Of a stretch of DNA of 32,000 nucleotides, positions 8,410-15,480 are shown piece by piece. Both the position numbers and the translations under genes were made by a program. Source of the DNA: Candidatus Lokiarchaeum ossiferum (GTDB lineage: Archaea; Asgardarchaeota; Lokiarchaeia; Sigyniarchaeales; Promethearchaeaceae); contig CP104013.1 of assembly GCA_025839675.1 (NCBI GenBank), forward strand, positions 1,050,001-1,082,000, given 5' to 3'. Within the stretch, counting starts at the first letter, position 1, and every line of letters begins with the position of its first letter. The notes under the pieces are model-generated. The model was not told where the DNA came from. It was given only the letters and a program-made list of their open reading frames with translations, and searched no databases.

Positions 8410-11400
8410 TTAAAATTTATGGAAGAATTTTGAAATATTCTGCCGGGATTCGATTAAAAAGGCCACATAGGAAATAATTAAAGATAATATCATAATTAAC
8501 CCGAGTATGCCGAATAGTTCACCTAGATTAGCATAAATTGGAAAATTAGTACTTTGATTTGCCACTTCAAGGTAATTTCCAACTTTTACAAAAATTGCGG
8601 AAAAGGAAAACCCGCAAAATAATCCAATGAGAATTCCAATTGTGAATATCACGATTAATTCACTAAGAATCAATTGCAATAACCCCTTTTTACCAAATCC
8701 CCTTGAGAGAAGGACCCCATTGAAGAATTTATTTTCTTTTTCTAGAGCCAAAATTAAAACTGCCAGCCCTATAGCAATTAAAATCCCTACAATAATGAAA
8801 TCAAAATATAAAACACCATATACACCCACTGTCCCTATAGTTGCCTTAAGTGAGACAGAATTCCAATTCTGATCATAAAATTCCATATGGTTGAACCTAC
8901 GAATGAATCCTTGAGTGATGTTAGCGATATGATCTTCAATTAATGATGAATTAGAAGTCAGTTCGGATGTGATATCAAATAATTGATAAATAGCATCTCC
9001 ATACATAATTTCAGGGGAACTATTAGCAAATTGTATATCGCAAGCAAGCATCGGTCGAGCAAACTGATTCACTCCAAATTTATGAAAAATTCCGGGTAAA
9101 ATTTCAATAGTTTTCAATAACTTAACCAATATTGTTGTTGAACGAACTTCTTCGGTTGAACTATTTATGAAACTAAAGGTAAAGTTGAACAAATCCCCTT
9201 CATTTTTGAGGTTGTAGGTCAGAAAATCTTGGTTAACTAACACACCGGGAGTATTATTTTCAGGATTTTTATTGTATTTTATAAGGGCTTGCATGTCCCT
9301 TCGAAATTGTCCACTAGGTAGCATTTTTTTATCTTCATCAATTATCTTCATATAATTTTCATAGTCAAAAAGGTAGGGTGTATAATTTCGAGAGGTAGAA
9401 TCAGGATTGTAGCATGTTACCATATTATTGACCATCGGATTCCCATCACTATAATTATAATTAAGGAAAGCATCTTCAAATTCAACAATATCCGACAAAT
9501 TCTCCATATACAAATTAACCCCTGAGAGTTCAGTTCGAACATCTGCCCCTATCTCAAGATTTGCATAGATATTTTCATATCGAGCGTTTGTATTCAAGTA
9601 AACGTTTGTGAAACAAAATAATGCGGTAAAAATTCCAATAATCAGGATAACAGTTTTATATTGCTTCCGTCTCACCATTTCAATGCCCACAAGAAACCCT
9701 CGTTCTTTTAAAAACCACTCAGATATTTTTTTAGAGAGATTTGCAAAGAAACTTGGTTTTTCTTTAGTAAAAAGTCGAATTACTCCTAAAGCAAAGAATA
9801 TCGGGGAAATTATAATGAATATTGTTAATACTGTTAGATTCTTTTTAAGATCAGCACTTAAAATAGCCAATTGATCAGAGGCTGATGGTAAAGATCCAAG
9901 ATAGATTAGTGCAAACAAAATTAAGGGAATCGTGGACAGAAGTATAAACGCATAGGAGAAATTAATGATTTTTGCTTCCTTCTCCTTTAGAGGATCCACA
10001 TAAAATGAAGTACCACTATCAGGTTCTCCTGAAGGAGCATTAAGTCCAGGTGAAGGATATGATTTTGTTTCTCGAACAAGTTGTCTTTGTAAATCTCTTT
10101 GTGAGTTGAAAAGATTGGTAGAATTCCATAAATTCCATTTCTTTTTTGGTTTTTTTGGTTTATCTTTTTTCTTTCTATCCGAGATTTTGGAGGGATCTTC
10201 ATCTGTAGAGATTTCCCAAGATTTTTTCCCAAATAGTGATCTTTCATCATAAATAGCATCCATTTCTTGAGAACCAATGGACGATAGCAATTCACTTACA
10301 GGCATTTTGATGACAAAACGAATGGCAATAGCGCTCCCTAAGAATGAAAGCAAAATACCAAAGAGGAAAGTATCCAAAATGGAATTCATACTTATTCGTA
10401 AAGCAACTAAGGAGGCAGATTTCATATCAAAGATTTCGATAAACAAACTACGAAAAAGGAAGAATCCTCCTGTCCCACATATCAAGCCCAATGCAGTAGA
10501 AAAAAAAGCAATAAATAGACTTTCAACGATGAATTGATTTCCTATCATCATTGGAGGTACCCCCTTACTTTTTAGAAGCAAAAACTCTTCCAAGCGGGAT
10601 TTTACTTCAGTTTTTCGAGCAAATGATCCCAATAATATGGCGGTCAATAAAATAGGAATATTCATTAATAGCAAAGTTGTTCTCACATAGTCAGTTTTTC
10701 CATAAAGTATGCGTAGAGCGGATTGTGTATAGTCTATAAATCTGTAATCGTTCGATATTTGATCCAATTGATTTCTGATAATGATATCTTCAGTTCGCAT
10801 CTTGTTTGCAAGAGAGTTCATATTGCTTAACTTGAAACTACCTCGAGAAATTATCCCTCCAACACAAATTCGAGATTCAATCAATTTTACCAAATCATTT
10901 GAATCCCACTCATTTTCAATATTATAAAAAAGATTTCGAAAATAGAACGATTTAGAATCTTTTATATAATTATAGTATGTTAAAATAGGAGCAGAATGAA
11001 TTTCTGCCGAAGAAAAAACGCCTGTTGTTTCATTAATATATGTTGGAAGAAGATTTGAGCTAAACTCAAAGACTGAAAACCGATAATTTTCCCGATTAGG
11101 TTTGAATATCCCAACAACAGTTGCATTTAAATTATACCCAAAAATTTGATCTTCAATAAAATCGGGCTGTTCATTTGGAATTGAATGATTTTCTAGATTG
11201 TCATATGCGTGGACACCGATTGCTTTTTCTCGATCAACACGAATATAAACGTTTGTGGTTTTAGATAAATTCATATTTAAATATTGAGCATATGCCGAAT
11301 CGATCAAAATTTCTCCAGGATTTTCCGGTGATCTTCCCTCAAGGATTGTGAAAAATTCTGAAAAACGATCATAGTGATAAAACTCAGAATCAAAAGCCCC

Positions 11401-11766
11401 CATGGAAAAGGGCAGTGTGTTTTGTGAGATATTATCAAATAAATCTACACCTTGAGTTGTAAAATAACTAAAATATGGAATATGATCAGGAGAATATTCA
11501 CTTTCTTCATAGAGATCATGGATGCGTTGCAATGTTCCGGGAATATTGTAAACAAGTGGAAGTTCAAAAGTATTTGAATTAAGCACCACTTCATAATCAA
11601 TAACATTATTTAATTCAATGTCAAACTTGTAGCGTTGATATGAATCAGAATAGTAACCTAACCCGGAGATCAAACTCAGAGTGATTGAAAATGCGATAAT
11701 TATTAAAATTGAACTCTTAACATTCCGCGTCCCTTGCGAGAGATAATATGTAAATCGATTTCCCAT
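8410..11766 (-). CDS. Giant fused double MacB/FtsX-type ABC permease, paralog 3 (most divergent)
   Basis: It has the same 4+2+4 TM layout. Supporting strings are GEILIDSAYAQYLNMNL, ATVVGIF, RLEEFLLLKSKGVPPMMIGNQFIVE, GIEMVRRKQYKTVILIIGIF and NGVLLSRGFGKKGLLQLILSE, with the C-terminus KFFHKF. The track start at 11862 adds 32 residues (MNSVLLLDNKIYITNCVYFCYSKLENTQRTIL) with no counterpart in the paralogs. That extension also covers a TTTATATA box. The internal ATG at 11766 (MGNRFTYYLSQG) aligns with the paralog N-termini. Confidence 0.87.
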   Translation of the reverse strand: MGNRFTYYLSQGTRNVKSSILIIIAFSITLSLISGLGYYSDSYQRYKFDIELNNVIDYEVVLNSNTFELPLVYNIPGTLQRIHDLYEESEYSPDHIPYFSYFTTQGVDLFDNISQNTLPFSMGAFDSEFYHYDRFSEFFTILEGRSPENPGEILIDSAYAQYLNMNLSKTTNVYIRVDREKAIGVHAYDNLENHSIPNEQPDFIEDQIFGYNLNATVVGIFKPNRENYRFSVFEFSSNLLPTYINETTGVFSSAEIHSAPILTYYNYIKDSKSFYFRNLFYNIENEWDSNDLVKLIESRICVGGIISRGSFKLSNMNSLANKMRTEDIIIRNQLDQISNDYRFIDYTQSALRILYGKTDYVRTTLLLMNIPILLTAILLGSFARKTEVKSRLEEFLLLKSKGVPPMMIGNQFIVESLFIAFFSTALGLICGTGGFFLFRSLFIEIFDMKSASLVALRISMNSILDTFLFGILLSFLGSAIAIRFVIKMPVSELLSSIGSQEMDAIYDERSLFGKKSWEISTDEDPSKISDRKKKDKPKKPKKKWNLWNSTNLFNSQRDLQRQLVRETKSYPSPGLNAPSGEPDSGTSFYVDPLKEKEAKIINFSYAFILLSTIPLILFALIYLGSLPSASDQLAILSADLKKNLTVLTIFIIISPIFFALGVIRLFTKEKPSFFANLSKKISEWFLKERGFLVGIEMVRRKQYKTVILIIGIFTALFCFTNVYLNTNARYENIYANLEIGADVRTELSGVNLYMENLSDIVEFEDAFLNYNYSDGNPMVNNMVTCYNPDSTSRNYTPYLFDYENYMKIIDEDKKMLPSGQFRRDMQALIKYNKNPENNTPGVLVNQDFLTYNLKNEGDLFNFTFSFINSSTEEVRSTTILVKLLKTIEILPGIFHKFGVNQFARPMLACDIQFANSSPEIMYGDAIYQLFDITSELTSNSSLIEDHIANITQGFIRRFNHMEFYDQNWNSVSLKATIGTVGVYGVLYFDFIIVGILIAIGLAVLILALEKENKFFNGVLLSRGFGKKGLLQLILSELIVIFTIGILIGLFCGFSFSAIFVKVGNYLEVANQSTNFPIYANLGELFGILGLIMILSLIISYVAFLIESRQNISKFFHKF

Positions 11767-11823
11767 TAGTATTGTCCTTTGAGTGTTTTCTAATTTTGAA
11801 TAACAAAAATATACACAATTTGT

Positions 11824-11831
11824 TATATAAA
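11824..11831 (-). promoter_or_regulatory. Candidate archaeal TATA box (TTTATATA) for an internal promoter driving the permease/ATPase genes
   Basis: The minus strand reads gataacaagaTTTATATAacaaatt. The box ends 57 nt upstream of ATG 11766, which would place a TSS about 30 nt upstream of the start codon. This is a motif match only. Confidence 0.35.
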
Positions 11832-11867
11832 TCTTGTTATCAAGTAAAAGAACAGAATTCATATTTT

Positions 11868-11895
11868 TTAGAAAAAGAAAGAAATGAAAAAAGGC
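11868..11895 (-). terminator. Oligo-T-rich tract downstream of the 1190-aa gene (possible archaeal intrinsic terminator or attenuation point)
   Basis: The minus strand after the stop at 11908 reads ...cagccTTTTTTcaTTTcTTTcTTTTTct. Archaeal termination commonly uses oligo-T runs. This is weak evidence in an AT-rich genome. Confidence 0.25.
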
Positions 11896-11907
11896 TGGTG
11901 TCTAAAA

Positions 11908-14900
11908 TTATTTGTCTGATTTTGGTTTTAATTCTTTAATTTGAGGGCGATGCTTGAACGTAATATCTTTGGGCTTTTTTTTTGTAAGAGCATCGGGTTT
12001 CAAATGAGGTTTCTCAAGTCTGATCGTATTTTCTTCATTTTGAACCAAATCAGAAGAAGGTTTGGGTACATCCGAAGTTTTCGCTAAAACAGGTGATGTT
12101 TTGGGAGATTTACTTGTGTCTGGGACCACTTTAGTTATTTTAGGACTTTCATCCGGCGCTTTATAGGGGGCAATAGTATCCCCTGAAGGTAAAACTAAAG
12201 AGGTAACGTCCGATTTAGTTGTAAACCCAGATTTTCGATTTCCTTTTGAAATATTGGATTTTAACTGTCCTTGAACCTTCCCAGGTAAAATATCCTTGAC
12301 AAGATGAATGTAAGACCCCATAAATAAATCCTTCCGTGATTTTGTTGAAATATTGAACGATTTTCCGCGCTTCATTGATCGCTTAAGTTTTTTAATATCA
12401 CGAACAATCTTTGGATATTTGTAGTACTTTTGATAAGCAATAAAAGAAGAAGTTAACCCCGCTAATGCGATACCCATAGTATAAAAAGCCCAAGACGGAA
12501 TGGAATCAGTGGGTGGAGAAATAACATTCAAAGTAATTGTAAACTGATCAAACTTATAGTTTAACCCTTTGTACACAGTGATTATGATTTTATGAATTCC
12601 TTCGGGTAAATTATTTAAGAGTATAGTATAAACGTGGTTTTCATCTTCCAAAAGCGTTCCCGACCCTAAAGCAGACTGATATTCAACCAAACATCCAGAT
12701 ATCAGGCCCCCATTGTCAAGATCTTCAACAATTACACCTAAATCAAAATCTTCACCTGGCCGTAAAGAATAAGAACTATTATAATGTTGAGAAGTAATAT
12801 TCGTACTTATAGGTCTTATTTTTATCTGGAAATTCTTTGTAAATTGGGCATAATTAGCTTTTTGAGACAACACAGTTATAAAGTGAACCCCCAATCCCAT
12901 TTCGGTAGTATTTAATTGAAAATAATAATGGCTCCCCGAGGATCTATCTGAAAATTGACTTGAATTAAGTCCAACCAATGAAAAAGTAACCGCTGAAATA
13001 ATATTTCCAGATTCCGAATCATATAAAGCCCCAGAAATATTTAAATAATGGGTTATGGGAACTTCAACTTGGGTAAACATAGAATAATCAGAATTATCAA
13101 CAAAAACACCTAAGTTCACACTACGAGGTGTTATTTGTACTTCAATCAATTCGTTGTATTCTAGATGCTTAGGAGACGAAGCTACGAGGAAAATATAATA
13201 AATTCCTATGCTGAAATTAGTTGTATCAACAATGAATTCATGTTTTGTTGAAATCTGTCGATATGAAGAAGAGGCACCAGTCAATGTTACCGCTGCATCT
13301 AAAACGACATCAAATGTCACAGAATCATAAACTTGTGCAGTTAAATTCAAAGTTGAATTGTATTCGAGGTCAATATGAGGAGATAACGTTGAATTGATCC
13401 CATTCAAAAAAATATCAAAATATGAATCTCTCCCTAATACTTTGATCCGGATTTGTTGCGAAGACTGTTCATAATTGGATTTTCCCAGATATACTGTAAT
13501 TAAATGGGTTCCTAATCCTATTTTGGAAGTATTTAATAGATATTGGTATCTATTCCCAATCTCTGAAAATTCAAAGGTGGAATCATCAATATTATTACCT
13601 ACTAAAGAAATATTTGCATTGATTAAAGGTTCCTTACTTTCAAAATCATAATACCATGAAGTAATGTTCAATTGTGTATCATAGGGAACTTCTATAATTG
13701 GTGATTCAGTTAAATTGATATCATTGGAGAAGAGATCACAATAAGTGGGTCTTCCAATAATATTTATTTCTATTATCAGAGATGGTGTGTTATACCAAGT
13801 CCCTTCATTATCCGGAGTAATTTCTAACAAGTAGGACAACCCTGCAGAAACAATAGAAGTATTGATATCAAATTCATACAATCCATCGCCCAGAAAGAGA
13901 ACAGGACTATGATTATCGACCCAATTTAGAGAAAACGCACTATTATTGATTGAAACAACTGGAGAACTTTCAGAATAATTTAGAGTGATCGTTTTCGTGG
14001 TATTCCAAATGACATCATAATTATTTTTGCCATCAAGTGTGTTTAAAGTGGTTTCAATCGGTTCCCGTGACTCTATCACATTATACCATACAATTAAATT
14101 AATATTATCAAGGAAAATAGAGACATTATTTACAAGATAGAATTCATCGGCAATATACAATAGAATAGAAATGGATGTGTTTTCACTAAATTTATTTTTA
14201 TCCAAAAACAATGAAGAAACATCAAATCCATCCCCTTCATTAGTAGATTGAATTTCTGTAGTCATTGAAGATAAGAATATTTGTTCTGAAAGATAATTAT
14301 CATTTATGCCTATTTGAATTCGAGAATTTGGAGTAAGGTATCCTATTTGTTCGCTTATATTATAGTCAAAACTTAAGGTTGCATTAACAATTTCAATTTC
14401 TTTATCTAAATACTCACTATTATTTAATTTATTAGCACTTTGAACAAGATCTAAAGTAGAAAACTGATCTATTCTTTTTTCATAACTAAATTCTAAACTA
14501 AAGTTTTTAATTAAAAGAGAATCCCAAATATCTTGATCACTCCACCAATTATCTTCACACCAAATTCTTATTCCCAGCGTTACTGTGAAATGAAAATAAT
14601 CCTTGCTTAATACTGATGTAAGATAGATAATTAATGCCTCTTCAGATGTTGCATTAAAAACTAAATCAAGTAAATCATTGGAGCCAGTATCAGAGCCTAA
14701 TTCGACAGTTTGATAAAACGCAACTTCGTAAGTATCATTTTTATCAAGATCAGATAGTAAAACATAAAATCTAGCATAGTCACCCGTCCCAAATTGAGGG
14801 GAAATAGGATCGTGATCACTTCTATCACTCGTATCATCCCCTGGGCATTCAATTCCACCCATCCACCCATCAGCAGCATCAGAAACGGAGGCATTAATTG

Positions 14901-15480
14901 TAGTTCTTACAGAAGCACTAGTAATGCGATATTCAGACATATTAACATCAGTTGTTAAATTTTTTTCCCAGTGAACACTCGGTGATTGATTCGCATCTTC
15001 ATCCCATGCATGAGAAACCTCCAACATATCTTCTGAATTGAAAAGATGGGAATCAGGAAAAACTGGAAAATTTGGATTACTTTTTTCTAGCCAATCAATA
15101 TTTGAGAATGATGGATTTATATCCGAGAAAGTATTGGAATTTCCAATTATTGTGGAATTCGAAACTTCGGTGGAAATAGCACCATCTAAATCAAATAGAT
15201 CTCCGGTTTTTTCATAATTCCATGGACTATCGCCAAAATCTGTAGTAAAAGATGGATCATTAATTAATTGTTTCGAATAAAGCGTGCTATTTTTTAGTAT
15301 AACAGAGGAGTTTGGATTATTAAATTTATTATCATTGTTATTTCCAGTATTTTTATATTCTTTAATTGTATTCTGTGTAACCACTTGACCAATAATGCAA
15401 ATCATCAATATTGCCAAGGTGATTTTTTTTTTGGGAGAATTCATTTTTATTTTTCCACCTCTAAAAGCTTGTTTTTCCAT
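11908..15480 (-). CDS. Giant type-I membrane surface protein: signal peptide, ~430-aa N-terminal domain, four to five Ig-like ~100-aa repeats, C-terminal TM anchor and a 174-aa K/P/S-rich cytoplasmic tail
   Basis: The N-terminus ...MNSPKKKITLAILMICIIGQVV is signal-peptide-like. I counted at least ~30 N-x-S/T sequons by eye in the ectodomain. Repeats span residues ~475-988 (recurring ...Y.F.LNT...G.G.H.ITV...NY....F.I.I...). The TM is WAFYTMGIALAGLTSSFIAY (res ~996-1016). ATG 15480 has GAGGT 7 nt upstream but overlaps the upstream gene by 34 nt. The alternative ATG 15444 lies 2 nt after the upstream stop and has GAGGTGG upstream. Confidence 0.85.
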   Translation of the reverse strand: MEKQAFRGGKIKMNSPKKKITLAILMICIIGQVVTQNTIKEYKNTGNNNDNKFNNPNSSVILKNSTLYSKQLINDPSFTTDFGDSPWNYEKTGDLFDLDGAISTEVSNSTIIGNSNTFSDINPSFSNIDWLEKSNPNFPVFPDSHLFNSEDMLEVSHAWDEDANQSPSVHWEKNLTTDVNMSEYRITSASVRTTINASVSDAADGWMGGIECPGDDTSDRSDHDPISPQFGTGDYARFYVLLSDLDKNDTYEVAFYQTVELGSDTGSNDLLDLVFNATSEEALIIYLTSVLSKDYFHFTVTLGIRIWCEDNWWSDQDIWDSLLIKNFSLEFSYEKRIDQFSTLDLVQSANKLNNSEYLDKEIEIVNATLSFDYNISEQIGYLTPNSRIQIGINDNYLSEQIFLSSMTTEIQSTNEGDGFDVSSLFLDKNKFSENTSISILLYIADEFYLVNNVSIFLDNINLIVWYNVIESREPIETTLNTLDGKNNYDVIWNTTKTITLNYSESSPVVSINNSAFSLNWVDNHSPVLFLGDGLYEFDINTSIVSAGLSYLLEITPDNEGTWYNTPSLIIEINIIGRPTYCDLFSNDINLTESPIIEVPYDTQLNITSWYYDFESKEPLINANISLVGNNIDDSTFEFSEIGNRYQYLLNTSKIGLGTHLITVYLGKSNYEQSSQQIRIKVLGRDSYFDIFLNGINSTLSPHIDLEYNSTLNLTAQVYDSVTFDVVLDAAVTLTGASSSYRQISTKHEFIVDTTNFSIGIYYIFLVASSPKHLEYNELIEVQITPRSVNLGVFVDNSDYSMFTQVEVPITHYLNISGALYDSESGNIISAVTFSLVGLNSSQFSDRSSGSHYYFQLNTTEMGLGVHFITVLSQKANYAQFTKNFQIKIRPISTNITSQHYNSSYSLRPGEDFDLGVIVEDLDNGGLISGCLVEYQSALGSGTLLEDENHVYTILLNNLPEGIHKIIITVYKGLNYKFDQFTITLNVISPPTDSIPSWAFYTMGIALAGLTSSFIAYQKYYKYPKIVRDIKKLKRSMKRGKSFNISTKSRKDLFMGSYIHLVKDILPGKVQGQLKSNISKGNRKSGFTTKSDVTSLVLPSGDTIAPYKAPDESPKITKVVPDTSKSPKTSPVLAKTSDVPKPSSDLVQNEENTIRLEKPHLKPDALTKKKPKDITFKHRPQIKELKPKSDK
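12517..14058 (-). repeat. Protein-level tandem repeats (~100 aa, Ig/beta-sandwich-like) within the surface protein; diverged at DNA level
   Basis: Units cover approximately residues 475-576, 577-684, 685-786, 787-890 and 891-988. Recurring features are an N-glycosylation sequon near each unit start, a central aromatic-rich strand (YQYLLNTSKIGLGTHLITVY / HYYFQLNTTEMGLGVHFITVL / HVYTILLNNLPEGIHKIIITVY) and a terminal 'I.I.V/I' strand. Confidence 0.6.

Noticed and set aside
11767-11862. 32-codon N-terminal extension of permease paralog 3 given in the ORF track
   Set aside because: It has no counterpart in the two paralogs, whose N-termini align with the internal MGNRFTYYLSQG. The extension has intergenic-like composition and spans a canonical TTTATATA box. 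No SD lies upstream of ATG 11862.
15423-15432. A10 homopolymer in codons 5-8 of the MNSPKKK reading of the surface-protein gene, considered as a slipped-strand phase-variation switch. Similar runs occur at 25127..25137 (A11 in the ArsR gene), 15976..15985 and 23112..23121.
   Set aside because: Runs of 9-11 A/T occur in several unrelated genes wherever Lys-Lys-Lys is encoded. They reflect AT-rich codon usage rather than a specific contingency locus. Population or read-level length variation would be needed to revive the idea.
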